From positions 192,001 to 256,000 of the forward strand of contig CBDCUI010000009.1 of NCBI GenBank assembly GCA_965222615.1: a stretch of DNA of 64,000 nucleotides, read 5' to 3'. How positions within the stretch are numbered: the first letter of the stretch is position 1; the number at the start of each line of letters is the position of its first letter. This DNA comes from Gammaproteobacteria bacterium (lineage in GTDB: Bacteria > Pseudomonadota > Gammaproteobacteria > UBA4575). A program made the position numbers and the translations under genes. Of this stretch, positions 10,108 to 21,450 are shown piece by piece. The notes under the pieces are model-generated. The model worked only from the letters and a program-made list of their open reading frames with translations. It was not told the DNA's origin and searched no databases.

Positions 10108-10465
10108 GTTTAACTCCTCCGGCTCACTGTAAGCACTGTGTGTTTAGTCTCTGTAAAGCGAGCCTAATATTCTTATAACTATTTAAATCACAACCTAAAT
10201 AATTGCGTCTGAAACAAGTGCAAATCCGCAAATAGAATAGGCTAAAGACTAAATTTGATTAATGATGATTATCTGCCAACCGATTTGGGTCAATGACTCA
10301 TCCTAAGTAACACTTTAGTGGTAGTGCAGTGCAGTAATATATGGCTTTGTTTCAGGCGTTTGTTGCTACTGAATAATGAGCTTTATGCTTGATGATAAGT
10401 TCTTTTTTTGAGGAATTAGAATTATTTGAATAGGCGAATGGTTCTTTAGTTTATTATTAAATATT

Positions 10466-11155
10466 CTATGCTAGCCACAATGTTTTCGGTGTACCACCAT
10501 CGCAGTACAACTTAATTAAGTCAATCAACTGTTTCATGATGGTTTCTATGTATTCACAAGTTGTGTTTTGATTTCCTTGAATAATAAAAAGCACATTTTT
10601 TGTGCCTAAAGTTATTTTTGTTGCATCGGCTTGGCGACATTCCATTCTGCATATAACATTATCTTTACCTTCTATATAACAATATTCTCCTGTATTGATT
10701 TTTTCAGACTTATTTCTACCAAGTGGAACAAATGTTTCTGTTCCATCCGCAAAACGCAATATGATTTGATCATCTATTTTATCAATATCATGCGCTCCTA
10801 AGGATAATTTGCTTTGAATGGAAACACAGTTATAAATATCTACAAGCAAGTTGATAGAGGGTAGTGTGTCTCTTTTAAGAAGAGTTGTGATTAAGCTTTG
10901 TGGAGATGCAATAAGATTGGGGTTTGAGCAGTTTATTTTTTGGTGAAGTATTTCGAACCCCGATAAAATAGGATCTTCGGATAAGAGTTCTTCAGAATAC
11001 TTTTCTTTGTATTCTTTAAATAAATTATTTTTGTGTTTTTCAAACTCGGGATGTGTGCGTTTATTGGTTAAGTTGTTAATGCTAAATACTGCACATTTAA
11101 TGCCCAATGCAATTACTTCAGACGAGATTGTAAATGCTAAAGTTTTCTCATCCAT
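10466..11155 (-). CDS. stand-alone B3/4 domain protein (PheRS-beta editing-like)
   Basis: ASPQSL...LPSINLLVDIYNCVS...LGAHDIDK...GEYCY...CRQ motif set. Confidence 0.85.
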   Translation of the reverse strand: MDEKTLAFTISSEVIALGIKCAVFSINNLTNKRTHPEFEKHKNNLFKEYKEKYSEELLSEDPILSGFEILHQKINCSNPNLIASPQSLITTLLKRDTLPSINLLVDIYNCVSIQSKLSLGAHDIDKIDDQIILRFADGTETFVPLGRNKSEKINTGEYCYIEGKDNVICRMECRQADATKITLGTKNVLFIIQGNQNTTCEYIETIMKQLIDLIKLYCDGGTPKTLWLA

Positions 11156-11237
11156 CTATATATTTAAGGATAAAATTTATTTGCTTTTAATAATTGTTAT
11201 AGGTTAGTAGATGGAGATGCTTATGCATCAAAATTAA

Positions 11238-13289
11238 TTATGAGTTTGAAATTGCCTGAGAAATCAAAACTTCAACGGCGTGCACACTAGTACTTTCTCC
11301 CATATCCGATTTATCTCCAGGATTAAGTACATTGACATTTGCGCGAGTTTGTTGTCGCTTTGGCCAGCGACCTTTATGGCTCAATGCAACACCTCTCAAT
11401 ACCTCATCTGTAACTTTAAGATATAGGGGCAACTGTCCGATTTCATTACTTAATTCAACAAAGTCGCCTTCACGTAGTCCACGGGACCTAGCATCATCTG
11501 GATGCAAAACCACACATGCTGGGCCTTGCTGTTTTTCTATCTTTGGGCCATTGCCAAAGGTATCGTTTATTGACCATGGGGAAGCTGGTGACAATAAACG
11601 CAGACGGTTACTATGCGGGCGTTTATCCGCATGGGGCTCAGGCACTAGTGGCAAACCGTCTTTTTGGGCTTGTTCAGATGCGATTTCAATTTTTCCACTC
11701 GGAGTTTGAAATTGAAGGGTTTCAAACTGGATTATTGGTTTAGGTGAGATATACACGGTTCCTTTTTGGCTTAGTGATGCAAAGGTTTCCCTGAGTCTTG
11801 ATTGTTGTAATAACGTATCAATAATCGATTGGTCACTTTCGTACAACTCATGATTTGTATAGCCCATGGCCTTAGCTAGACGCCGGAAAATTTCTGAGTT
11901 TGACAGAGATTCACCCATAGGCTCGGTGGCTTTGACCTGTGCCGATAGACTCAAATCAAAATAGGAAGCAAACAAGTCATCTGACTCAAGAAAACTGGCA
12001 GCAGGTAATACATAATCGGCATAATCAGTGGTATCTGTCGGAAACACCTCTGCGACAACCGTAAACAGATCTTCTCTTTCTAGTGCTTTGCACAAGCGCG
12101 ACTGTTGTGGATTCGATGCTGCAATATTGTTGTTCCAGCAAAACAGAGCTTGTGCAAGTTCTTTAGTTTCAAGATATTCAGCCAGTTCCATGTGACTGAT
12201 ATCAGGTACTTCATTTTCACAAAGCTGGGAGCCTAGCAGATAGGAATCATCGATATGGCGTTGTCCCAAGCCATTCAAATACAAGAACCCTGCACCAGGC
12301 TTACCAATATTCCCCGTGATGGCTGGTAATAGGGAACAGGCACGCATGGCGTTGCCACCCATTGGTTGGCGCTGAAACCCCTGGCCTAGCCATAATAATG
12401 AAGGCCCGTCTGCATAGAGTTGTGCCGCTTGTACGATGTCGGCAGCGGGGACACCAGTTATCTTTTCTCCCCACTCAGGCGTGATTTTTTCCAGCTGTTG
12501 TTCAAGTTGTTCCCATCCGATGGTATAGGCATGAATAAATTTTTTATCGGTAAGCTCGTCTCGTCTCATCACGTGCATCATGGCAAATGCCAATGCCGCA
12601 TCACTACCAGGGAAAAGCTGTAAATGTAGATCAGCACGAGCAGCTGTTGAAGTGCGAATTGGATCGATGACGATTCGTTTGCCGGGTGACTCCTGCAACC
12701 ACTGTGCATCAATATGCGGAGCTGCAGTTGAGGGATTACCTCCCCATACCATGATGCATTGAGAATCTTTTGAGGTGCGAGGATCGAAGCCTGTCATGGA
12801 TGTGCCGTATACATAATCAAGTGCAATATGGCCTGCCAAATTACAGACAGAATCAGGATTGACTTCCGTAGCACCAAGACGATTGAAAAACCGCATCGGA
12901 AAATGGTAACCAATGGCTGCAAATGTACCCGTGTAATGAGTATTTAGAATTTTGTCTGCGCCACTTTCATTAACAATTTCTTTGAGTCGGTCCGCTATTG
13001 CCGTAATCGCCTCATTCCAGGAGACGGGCTCAAACTTGCCTTTGCCCTTGGCACCGGTACGACGTAATGGCTCTGTCAATCTTGCATTAGGATCCAGCCA
13101 TATACTGTTATAGCCGATTGAACATTTACGGCAAAGCTTGCCTCGACTAACTGGGTGTTGGAGGTCTCCCTTAACCTGTACGATAGCATCATTTTTTTTT
13201 GTAACTACAATACCGCAGGCATCGTAACAGTCACGTGGACATGTGGTTAAGATACTATGTTTGTCTTGCGAAGATGTATTAGCTGTCAT
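11238..13289 (-). CDS. molybdopterin-dependent oxidoreductase (DMSO-reductase superfamily), cytoplasmic, substrate unknown
   Basis: TCPRDCYDAC...GKLCRKC Fe-S motif, TTDYADYVLPAA, LHPDDARSRGL C-terminal domain; no signal peptide. Confidence 0.88.
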   Translation of the reverse strand: MTANTSSQDKHSILTTCPRDCYDACGIVVTKKNDAIVQVKGDLQHPVSRGKLCRKCSIGYNSIWLDPNARLTEPLRRTGAKGKGKFEPVSWNEAITAIADRLKEIVNESGADKILNTHYTGTFAAIGYHFPMRFFNRLGATEVNPDSVCNLAGHIALDYVYGTSMTGFDPRTSKDSQCIMVWGGNPSTAAPHIDAQWLQESPGKRIVIDPIRTSTAARADLHLQLFPGSDAALAFAMMHVMRRDELTDKKFIHAYTIGWEQLEQQLEKITPEWGEKITGVPAADIVQAAQLYADGPSLLWLGQGFQRQPMGGNAMRACSLLPAITGNIGKPGAGFLYLNGLGQRHIDDSYLLGSQLCENEVPDISHMELAEYLETKELAQALFCWNNNIAASNPQQSRLCKALEREDLFTVVAEVFPTDTTDYADYVLPAASFLESDDLFASYFDLSLSAQVKATEPMGESLSNSEIFRRLAKAMGYTNHELYESDQSIIDTLLQQSRLRETFASLSQKGTVYISPKPIIQFETLQFQTPSGKIEIASEQAQKDGLPLVPEPHADKRPHSNRLRLLSPASPWSINDTFGNGPKIEKQQGPACVVLHPDDARSRGLREGDFVELSNEIGQLPLYLKVTDEVLRGVALSHKGRWPKRQQTRANVNVLNPGDKSDMGESTSVHAVEVLISQAISNS

Positions 13290-13304
13290 TTCAGAATCTT
13301 CTAT

Positions 13305-14006
13305 TTACAACTGCAATAATGCAGTGTGTCCAACTGGAGCACCATTAAATTCTATAAAAGCATCTTTTAAACAAGACCACATATAATCTGTAGAAGCGCT
13401 GTCAAATAGAAAGTGAAATGCAGGGATCTTTGCAAAGTCGTTACGAATAATGATGGCGTTCATGCGAGCAACTGAAGTTTGCGCAATAGTGCCGTTAGGG
13501 AATTTATTTATGCGTAGATCTACACCACAAAGCTTGGCAAACATTGCATCTGCATATTGACCGGTAACAAGTAACCAGGCAGATGAATTGAAACGTGGCA
13601 CAGAATAACAATCCCTTGGTTGGTCATGCCGGTATTGTTCCTCTAATGCTTTGCATTGGTCTTGTTCATTAAGTGGATTGTTCAAAACTAATATTTCAGT
13701 GTCTGCAAGTCGTCCAGCCAAGGCGCCATTGTTTTGTTGATAGGCTTGATTATTCTGTTCACCAATATTTAAATTTTGTGTCCTGGCCCAAGCGATTGCT
13801 CCGCGACCTTTGAAGCCTGTTCTAGGCAATGCGCTTAAGTCGATTAAACCTAGTTGTTTTGCTTGGGAGATTTCTTCTTCAATAGTCTTGCCATAATGAT
13901 CAACCAGTGTTGCATCCATATACTTTTTAAACTGTGCGCCCGCTGCTAAAAGCGTTCGATAATGTGGGCTACGTACAAGGTTATCTGTAGGCTGTATTGT
14001 TGGCAT
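13305..14006 (-). CDS. mgdD: N-methylglutamate dehydrogenase subunit D (SoxG-like)
   Basis: DLSALPRTGFKG, AKLCGVDLR, AQTSVAR; last gene of the SoxB-D-A-G-like operon. Confidence 0.82.
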   Translation of the reverse strand: MPTIQPTDNLVRSPHYRTLLAAGAQFKKYMDATLVDHYGKTIEEEISQAKQLGLIDLSALPRTGFKGRGAIAWARTQNLNIGEQNNQAYQQNNGALAGRLADTEILVLNNPLNEQDQCKALEEQYRHDQPRDCYSVPRFNSSAWLLVTGQYADAMFAKLCGVDLRINKFPNGTIAQTSVARMNAIIIRNDFAKIPAFHFLFDSASTDYMWSCLKDAFIEFNGAPVGHTALLQL

Positions 14007-14008
14007 CG

Positions 14009-16939
14009 CTACATCTCTTGGCGTTTATTTTCTGGATCGTAAAATGGCATCTTGACAACATCTGCCTCAATGATGTTGCCGTTAGTGAGCTTAATATTGA
14101 TTTTCATTCCAGATTCTGTATTGGCTTTGGCATAAGCCATGCCTACAATTTTATTCAAAGTAGGGGAGAAGGCGACTGAAGTAATATGCCCTACGATGCT
14201 ATCTCCGTCTAATATCAAATTTGATTCTTTTGGGCATTCGTTTTCGTCGAGTGGCTGAGGAGTTTCGAAACCCACGAGCTTGCGATTTGAAGGATGGTTT
14301 TCAATGACTTGTAGGGAACGTCCGCCAACGAAGAAAGGCTTTTTCCTCGCGATGGCCCAAGCCATATGCGCCTCTTGCGGAGTCGTCATGGCATCGGTGT
14401 CTTGACTTACGATGATATGGCCTTTTTCCAAGCGTAATAATCGCTGCGCCTCAATCCCTACGGGTCGAATATCTTCCTCTTTGCCCGCACCTAGCAGTGC
14501 ATCCCATAAGGCTTCACCTTGCGAAGATGGCACATGAATTTCATAACCAAGTTCGCCCACAAAGCCAACTCGCAACAAACGCGCTGAAATATTGGCAACG
14601 GTTCCGCTACGCAAAGCTAAATAAGGAAATCCTTCTGGTGAAAGATCGATATCGCTACATACTTTCTGCAACACTTCTCTGGAATTGGGTCCAGCAATGT
14701 TGACACCAGCATAGGCAGCGGTGACGTTAGTTACATCGACGTTTAAACGCCATTGCGCATTCCACCACAACATGGTTCGATATACATTTTCGACGCCTCC
14801 GGTGGTTGCCGTAACGTAAAAGTGTTCATCACTAAATCGACACGCAACGCCATCATCGATGATAGTCCCGGCAGGATTGGTCATTAATAAATATCGAGTT
14901 GTGCCTATTTTTTGTTTTACATAGGCAAAGGTATACATTCGATTTAAAAACTCAGCCGCATCTGGGCCTCGAATTTCAAGTCCACCTAGTGTGGATACGT
15001 CAATCAAACCCACGTTGTTACGTATGATTAGGTTTTCTTCACGAATACACTGCTCACGCTTTTGTGCTTGTCCGTAATACGCCGGTCGCCACCACAGTCC
15101 AGCCGTCATCATTTGTGCACCCGCTTCAAGATGGCGGTGATGCATAGCAGTAAAACGTTCTGGTTCAAAGCTACGACCTGCGATAGCGCCTAGTTTTTCT
15201 GCGCGGAAAGGCGGGCGTGCAGTAGTCACTCCAACTTCTGCTACCGTGCGTTGCGTTTCATCGGCAACCAATCGAGCGGTTGCCAACGCGGAGTGACGTC
15301 CTTGGGAAGGACCCATGCCCACCGTAGAATATCGTTTGACTAACTCAAGTTCGGCATACCCATCTTTACATGCGTTGACGATATCGGCAACTTGCAAATC
15401 TTCGTCGAAGTCGACAAATTCTTTGCCATTCGGATGTGAAAAAATGGGCCAAGGATGATTACTACTTATATATGAGTTAGAAATCTTTGTCTGCGGAACT
15501 GCAAGATCTTTTGCACTCAAACCTAAATTTTTACATGCTGCTTGGCCTGCTTGTTTACCTGATTCGATGAGCGTATTAAGTTGATTCACACCATTTACTG
15601 CGCCCGCTAAATGAAAATGATCCGGAAGCTGGGTGATTGAAAATATGGCGGTTTCATCGTCATAAGAAATTTTACCACCTGCTTGTAACGCAAGTTGATA
15701 GGTGGGGGTGAAGCCGACAGAGATACAAAGTAGATCACAATCATAGTGTTGTGACTCACTTGCGCATTTACCCTGCGCAACTATTTTGCGTAGTTCTACC
15801 CCTTTAATGTGTTTTTGATCAGAACTAGACTCGGCTGCATACACGGTATGGCCATTAAGAACAGGTATTCCCGCAGCACGAATCTTTTCATGCAACGAAG
15901 ATGCACTAAGTGATTCGCGTAAATCTGCGACGGCAACGACTTGTACACCATTTTCGAATAAGTCGAGTGCGGTGGCATAACCATCGTCATTTGCAGTAAG
16001 GACTACTGCACAGTGACCCGGACGCACACCGTATAAACGTATCAAGCGTTGTGCAGCAGTAGCGAGTAGAATCCCTGGTAGATCATTGTTATGAAACATG
16101 GCCGGTTGTTCCATTTTCCCACTTGCTAGGATCATTTCTTTGGCACGTAATTTATACATACGATTGCCTTGAATCACCGGCAACCAGTTATCTGCAAACC
16201 ATGCATTGCATACTGTATCTGTCATCACTTCGATCTGCGGATGCCTCTCTATCGCTTCTACTAGTTCATTACGTAAAGCAGGTGTCAAAGTTGCATCGGT
16301 ATCAAATCGAGCGTAGTTCAGAGAACCGCCTAAAATCGGTTCTTGCTCAATGAGTAAAACTTCTGCACCTGATTCAGCAGCACTTAGCGCAGCGCAGAGT
16401 CCTGCAGGACCTGCTCCGACTACAGCAACATCACAAAATTTATAGCTTTTATCGTAATAGCCATGTGCAACATTTTGATTGACATGCCCAAGACCCGCAC
16501 GCTTGCGTACAATCGGTTCCCAAAAATTTTGCCAAATTCCTTTGGGTCGAAAAAACGCCTTGTAATAGAATCCTACTGGCAGAAATTTTCGTACTAGGTT
16601 GATTCTGGCCTCTTGATCGTTTTCCAGACTGCCTGTGTAATTTTGTCCAGTCACTTTTAAACCGGGTGTGATCTTGCGGCGATCCGCTGCGACATTGGGC
16701 TCGTTCTCTAACTGCACCAGAGTGTCCGCTTCAAGTCCAGCCATGGACATCACACCACGCGGACGGTGATATTTAAATGAACGTGAAAGCAGCCAAATAT
16801 CGTTGGCCGCAAGCGCGCTGGCAATGGTGTCGCCTGCTAAACCAGTATAGGTCTTACCTTCAAAACTAAAGCTGACCGTTTGCTGGTGATCGACTAATAG
16901 GCCTGCCGAAGCTTGTAAGCGATTAGTTGAAGTTTCCAT
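14009..16939 (-). CDS. mgdC: N-methylglutamate dehydrogenase subunit C (SoxA-like)
   Basis: SRSFKYHRPRG, GAGPAG, KRYSTVGMGPSQG and a C-terminal GcvT domain (DVSTLG, GELGYEI, LRLEKG). Confidence 0.88.
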   Translation of the reverse strand: METSTNRLQASAGLLVDHQQTVSFSFEGKTYTGLAGDTIASALAANDIWLLSRSFKYHRPRGVMSMAGLEADTLVQLENEPNVAADRRKITPGLKVTGQNYTGSLENDQEARINLVRKFLPVGFYYKAFFRPKGIWQNFWEPIVRKRAGLGHVNQNVAHGYYDKSYKFCDVAVVGAGPAGLCAALSAAESGAEVLLIEQEPILGGSLNYARFDTDATLTPALRNELVEAIERHPQIEVMTDTVCNAWFADNWLPVIQGNRMYKLRAKEMILASGKMEQPAMFHNNDLPGILLATAAQRLIRLYGVRPGHCAVVLTANDDGYATALDLFENGVQVVAVADLRESLSASSLHEKIRAAGIPVLNGHTVYAAESSSDQKHIKGVELRKIVAQGKCASESQHYDCDLLCISVGFTPTYQLALQAGGKISYDDETAIFSITQLPDHFHLAGAVNGVNQLNTLIESGKQAGQAACKNLGLSAKDLAVPQTKISNSYISSNHPWPIFSHPNGKEFVDFDEDLQVADIVNACKDGYAELELVKRYSTVGMGPSQGRHSALATARLVADETQRTVAEVGVTTARPPFRAEKLGAIAGRSFEPERFTAMHHRHLEAGAQMMTAGLWWRPAYYGQAQKREQCIREENLIIRNNVGLIDVSTLGGLEIRGPDAAEFLNRMYTFAYVKQKIGTTRYLLMTNPAGTIIDDGVACRFSDEHFYVTATTGGVENVYRTMLWWNAQWRLNVDVTNVTAAYAGVNIAGPNSREVLQKVCSDIDLSPEGFPYLALRSGTVANISARLLRVGFVGELGYEIHVPSSQGEALWDALLGAGKEEDIRPVGIEAQRLLRLEKGHIIVSQDTDAMTTPQEAHMAWAIARKKPFFVGGRSLQVIENHPSNRKLVGFETPQPLDENECPKESNLILDGDSIVGHITSVAFSPTLNKIVGMAYAKANTESGMKINIKLTNGNIIEADVVKMPFYDPENKRQEM

Positions 16940-16963
16940 TATAAGTTACTAATTTTTAAACAA

Positions 16964-17239
16964 CTAAAAATCTACACGTTCAGTGAAAATATCGCTGGCG
17001 GGGTAGGTTTTTAAAATTTCATCGGTTACGGTATTGCGTTCGGCAATAAACCAATAAGAAGTAGCGGCATGACACCACCATTCGCACACGACCCCGGCGG
17101 TATTGTTGGACATCCACATATAATTTGCCCATTCTTCATCGCTTACATTTTGTAGATTGGGCATATCGGTCACTTCGCCAAAACAGATGAATTCAGAAAT
17201 ATTACGTGGACCATTTAGGGGGCAGTTCATTATTTTCAT
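16964..17239 (-). CDS. mgdB: N-methylglutamate dehydrogenase subunit B (SoxD-like)
   Basis: MKIMNCPLNGPRNISEF, EWWCH, ERNTVTDEI. Confidence 0.88.
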   Translation of the reverse strand: MKIMNCPLNGPRNISEFICFGEVTDMPNLQNVSDEEWANYMWMSNNTAGVVCEWWCHAATSYWFIAERNTVTDEILKTYPASDIFTERVDF

Positions 17240-17250
17240 ATTTGTTCTCT

Positions 17251-18492
17251 CTAGTGGCTTGCAGCCGTAGCGCCAGCTTCATTGGATAACTTAAAGGTTT
17301 TAAAACGATCAAGACTGAAAGGCCGGATCATTTCAGCAGTTTTTTCGTTTGCAATCGTTTCTGCCATGCACTTGCCGGATATAGGCGTCGCTTTGAAGCC
17401 CCAGGTACCCCAGCCGGCATCCAGCCAATAATTTTTCACCGGGCTTTCACCCATAATCGGGCTGTAATCCGGAGTCATATCCGTGATACCGGCCCATTGA
17501 CGTAACAGCTTCAGTTCTGCAAAAAAGGGAAATAATTCCAATGTATGTGCAATCAGGCTTTCTTTTAGACCTAGTGTGGAACGAGTCGAGTACAGCTCAT
17601 AAGGATCGGAACCGCCACCAATTACAATTTCTCCGCGTGCAGTTTGCGAGACATAGGTATGTAATCCTGCAGAACTTACTAGGGGATCAAGGAAAGGCTT
17701 AATAGGCTGAGTTACCATCGCCTGCAATGGATAGCTGCGAATCGGTAATAGAATACCTGCCATCTTTGCTACTACTGAGCTCATACCTGCAACTGCTTGA
17801 ATGGCATGTCTGCATTGAATTGTGCCGCGGTTCGTTTCAACTGCAGTCACTCTACCCGCATCAATCTGTATGCCGGTTACTTCAGTACGTTGGTGAATTT
17901 CAACACCGAGTTGTGCGGCACGCATAGCGTAGCCCCAGGCAACTGAATCATGTCTTGCGGTTCCACCATCACGATGCCAAAGCCCTGCGAGGATTGGAAA
18001 ACGCGCGTTTTTATCCATGTTCAAACAAGGTACGATTTCACGAATTTGTTTGCGATCAATCATTTCCGAGCGTACACTTAAATGTTTGTTTACTTCTGCA
18101 CGCAAAGTAAAGGTGCGTACACTTGCATCGGTATGAGCCAGGGTAAGCTGACCCCGTTGTGAATACATTTGATTGTAACCAAGCTCGTTAGCCAGGTTTT
18201 TAAATAAATCTACAGATGCTTTATAGAATGCAACCGCTTCAGGAGAAATATAGTTCGAGCGAACTACCGCAGTATTGCGTGCAGTATTACCGCCTCCAAT
18301 ATAGCCTTTTTCGAGTACCACTACATTCGTAATATTGTGATAGCGTGCTAGATGATAAGCAGTAGACAGACCGTGACCGCCACCACCGATGATGACAACG
18401 TCATATGATTTTTTTAAATCACGTGGAGCTGGAATATCGCGACGCGCAGGATATTGAGATGCAAGACCATATTTTAATAAACCCCAAGGCAT
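17251..18492 (-). CDS. mgdA: N-methylglutamate dehydrogenase subunit A (SoxB-like FAD oxidoreductase)
   Basis: GGGGHG, GGGNTARNT, RSNY, GWGTWGFKATP, C-terminal GATAASH. Confidence 0.9.
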   Translation of the reverse strand: MPWGLLKYGLASQYPARRDIPAPRDLKKSYDVVIIGGGGHGLSTAYHLARYHNITNVVVLEKGYIGGGNTARNTAVVRSNYISPEAVAFYKASVDLFKNLANELGYNQMYSQRGQLTLAHTDASVRTFTLRAEVNKHLSVRSEMIDRKQIREIVPCLNMDKNARFPILAGLWHRDGGTARHDSVAWGYAMRAAQLGVEIHQRTEVTGIQIDAGRVTAVETNRGTIQCRHAIQAVAGMSSVVAKMAGILLPIRSYPLQAMVTQPIKPFLDPLVSSAGLHTYVSQTARGEIVIGGGSDPYELYSTRSTLGLKESLIAHTLELFPFFAELKLLRQWAGITDMTPDYSPIMGESPVKNYWLDAGWGTWGFKATPISGKCMAETIANEKTAEMIRPFSLDRFKTFKLSNEAGATAASH

Positions 18493-18541
18493 AAATGTTT
18501 CCAGCTTTAGTTAATCGAACCAATACAACTGTGATAGTTCA

Positions 18542-20215
18542 TTAAAACAGTCCAATAATTTCGTTATTTTCATCGATGTCAATATTATTTGCTGCGGGTA
18601 TTTTTGGAAGTCCCGGCATGGTCATGATATGGCCACATAAGACCACTAAAAATTCAGCCCCTGCAGACAAATATACGTCTTTAATAGGCACAACATGCCC
18701 AGAAGGAGCGCCGCGCAAATCTGGATCGGTTGAAAAAGAATACTGAGTCTTGGCCATACATATTGGAAAATGTCCATAACCTTCATCTTGGTAGCGCTTA
18801 ATTTTATTGCGAGTCTTGGTTTCAGCAATTACGTCACTGGCACCATAAATTTTTCCAGCTATTTTAGTAATTTTCGTCCACAGGAAATCGGTCTCTTCAT
18901 AAGCAAAATGAAGATCAGGTGGAATATGGGCAATTTCGTCTACCACTTCTTTTGCCAAGTCTTCTGCACCGGCTCCACCATGTGCCCAATGATTACATTC
19001 AATCATTTTTATTCCATGGTGCGCCATTTTTTCCTGCAGGAGTAAAATTTCCGCATCCGTATCAGTTGTAAATCGATTAATCGCAACCACACAAGGTAAA
19101 CCAAAATGATTGCGGATATTGTTGATATGGCGTTCTAAATTTGGAATACCCTTTTCAAGGGCGGCAAGATTTTCTTCTTCTATATTATTAAGCTCAGCAT
19201 GTCCGTGAAACTTCAGTGCACGAATCGTTGCCACCACGACGACTAAAGATGGGTTGAGATCGGCTTTTCTACATTTTATATCGAGAAATTTTTCTGCGCC
19301 TAAATCCGCACCAAAGCCTGCTTCCGTAACTACATAATCCGCAAGTTTTAAAGCTGCTTTAGTAGCAATCACTGAATTGCAACCGTGAGCGATATTGCCA
19401 AAAGGGCCACCATGTATAAATGCAGGATTATTTTCCAAGGTCTGCACTAAATTAGGCTTGATTGCATCTTTTAATAAAGCTGCCATGGCGCCTTGGGCAT
19501 TGAGATCACGGGCATGAATGACTTCACCGTTATTTTTATAGCCGCAAATAATATTGCCAAGGCGTGTACGTAGATCTTGTATCGAAGTGGCTAAACACAA
19601 GATCGCCATAATTTCAGAAGCAGTGACAATATCAAAACCAGTTTCCCTAGGATGCCCATTTACCACACCACCCATGCCAACCATAATTTTACGAAGGGCA
19701 CGATCATTTAAGTCAACTACTCTCTTCCATAAGATACGGCGATCATCAAAATTTAGTTGATTCCCTTGTTGAAGATGATTGTCAATCAGTGCTGCAAGCA
19801 GGTTATGCGCAAGGCTGATGGCATGAAAGTCACCAGTAAAATGTAAATTGATATCTTCCATGGGGACCACTTGTGCGTAGCCACCACCTGCGGCACCACC
19901 TTTCATACCAAAACAAGGGCCTAAAGAAGGTTCGCGTATGCAGATTAAGGCGCGTTTACCGATACGATTTAGTGCATCGCCTAAGCCAATGGTAGTTGTG
20001 GTTTTACCTTCTCCCGGTGGCGTAGGGCTGATGGCGGTAACCAGAATAAGCTTGCCATCTTCACGATCTTGTAAAGAATTAATAAAGTTTAGAGAGAGTT
20101 TGGCTTTGTAATGGCCATAGGGCTCAAGGTGTTGGTTTTCTATATTGAGTTTTTCATGTGCAACCTCTGCAATGTCCTGCATGGTTGCTTGTTTTGCAAT
20201 ATCGATGTCAGCCAT
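18542..20215 (-). CDS. fhs: formate--tetrahydrofolate ligase
   Basis: [51 protein letters not shown]. Confidence 0.97.
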   Translation of the reverse strand: MADIDIAKQATMQDIAEVAHEKLNIENQHLEPYGHYKAKLSLNFINSLQDREDGKLILVTAISPTPPGEGKTTTTIGLGDALNRIGKRALICIREPSLGPCFGMKGGAAGGGYAQVVPMEDINLHFTGDFHAISLAHNLLAALIDNHLQQGNQLNFDDRRILWKRVVDLNDRALRKIMVGMGGVVNGHPRETGFDIVTASEIMAILCLATSIQDLRTRLGNIICGYKNNGEVIHARDLNAQGAMAALLKDAIKPNLVQTLENNPAFIHGGPFGNIAHGCNSVIATKAALKLADYVVTEAGFGADLGAEKFLDIKCRKADLNPSLVVVVATIRALKFHGHAELNNIEEENLAALEKGIPNLERHINNIRNHFGLPCVVAINRFTTDTDAEILLLQEKMAHHGIKMIECNHWAHGGAGAEDLAKEVVDEIAHIPPDLHFAYEETDFLWTKITKIAGKIYGASDVIAETKTRNKIKRYQDEGYGHFPICMAKTQYSFSTDPDLRGAPSGHVVPIKDVYLSAGAEFLVVLCGHIMTMPGLPKIPAANNIDIDENNEIIGLF

Positions 20216-20380
20216 AGATTCGTCGATTCATGTTAGATATTTAAGTTGTCTTATCGTCTAAAAGGTCAAATACACTAATAGTGAAAGCAATATCTGACTT
20301 TCTAAATCGCTATAAAATTTTGTACTAAAACCGATAGATGATTCGTTGTACGATAAATCTGGTCAATTGCTCGAAAGAAT

Positions 20381-20396
20381 TACTACCTATTGAGTA
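20381..20396. promoter_or_regulatory. NarL-like 7-2-7 inverted site between divergent fhs and folD
   Basis: TACTACC-TA-TTGAGTA (TAC-N10-GTA). Confidence 0.4.
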
Positions 20397-20561
20397 CGGA
20401 AAAACTTCCTAACTTCATTACTATTTATCTGTAAATTCTGTAGCCGACTTATTAGCCTGCACATAAAAATATTCCAGTGTACTTCAGTCCTTTTTGAACC
20501 AGTTTCTCAGCTAAATTTGAAATTTATAGCTTGGATTAAATATTAAAAAAACGAGTTAAAC

Positions 20562-21443
20562 ATGACAGCAGTATTAATAAATGGCAAAGCGATAGCTGTA
20601 AATATAAAAGCCGAAGTAACTGACCAAGTACATGTATTAAAAGAGCAGGGGATACAACCTTGTCTGGCGGTTATTTTAGTCGGAGATGATCCCGCTTCTC
20701 ACACTTATGTTGGTGCTAAGCAAAAAGCCTGTGAGCAAGTGGGAATTCAATCTATACAGCATAACCTCCCTGTAGATATAGCCGAAAGTACCTTGCTCGA
20801 TTTGATTAATGAATTAAACCAAGATTCGAACGTACATGGAATTTTGGTACAGTTGCCATTGCCTAGCCACATAGATGAAAACAAAATTATTCAAACAATT
20901 AAGCCTCATAAAGATGTAGATGGCTTTCATCCTTTTAATGTAGGGCGCTTATCAACAGGACTAGATACATTAATTTCCTGTACTCCGTACGGCGTATCAG
21001 AACTGATTGCCAGAACTGGAATAGATACATCTGGCAAACATGCTGTAATTGTAGGTCGAAGTAATATCGTGGGTAAGCCGCTAATGAATTTACTTGTTCA
21101 AAAAGCAAAACATGCAAATGCCACGGTTACAGTTTGTCACTCTAGAACAAAAAATATAAAGGCACATACTTGCCAAGCAGATATTTTGATTGCGGCGATA
21201 GGGAAGGCCCGTTTTATTTCTGCTGACATGGTAAAGCCAGGCGCAGTGGTTATTGATGTTGGGATTAATCGTATTGAAATAGATGGAAAACGTCGCTTAG
21301 TAGGAGATGTTGATTTTGGTAGTGTAAAAGATGTCGCTTCAGCAATAACGCCGGTACCAGGTGGAGTAGGCCCAATGACAGTTGCTATGCTAATGAAAAA
21401 TGTTGCTAAGGCTGCAGACCAATTCAGTGAGTTAAAAACATAG
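20562..21443 (+). CDS. folD: bifunctional methylene-THF dehydrogenase/cyclohydrolase
   Basis: GILVQLPLP, KDVDGFHP, GRSNIVGKP, TPVPGGVGPMT. Confidence 0.97.
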   Translation: MTAVLINGKAIAVNIKAEVTDQVHVLKEQGIQPCLAVILVGDDPASHTYVGAKQKACEQVGIQSIQHNLPVDIAESTLLDLINELNQDSNVHGILVQLPLPSHIDENKIIQTIKPHKDVDGFHPFNVGRLSTGLDTLISCTPYGVSELIARTGIDTSGKHAVIVGRSNIVGKPLMNLLVQKAKHANATVTVCHSRTKNIKAHTCQADILIAAIGKARFISADMVKPGAVVIDVGINRIEIDGKRRLVGDVDFGSVKDVASAITPVPGGVGPMTVAMLMKNVAKAADQFSELKT

Positions 21444-21450
21444 ATACTCG

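Noticed and set aside
13305-18492. Heterotetrameric sarcosine oxidase soxBDAG
   Set aside because: Homologous, but subunit signatures (CPLNGPRN, GWGTWGFK) and linkage to gmaS/mgs favour N-methylglutamate dehydrogenase
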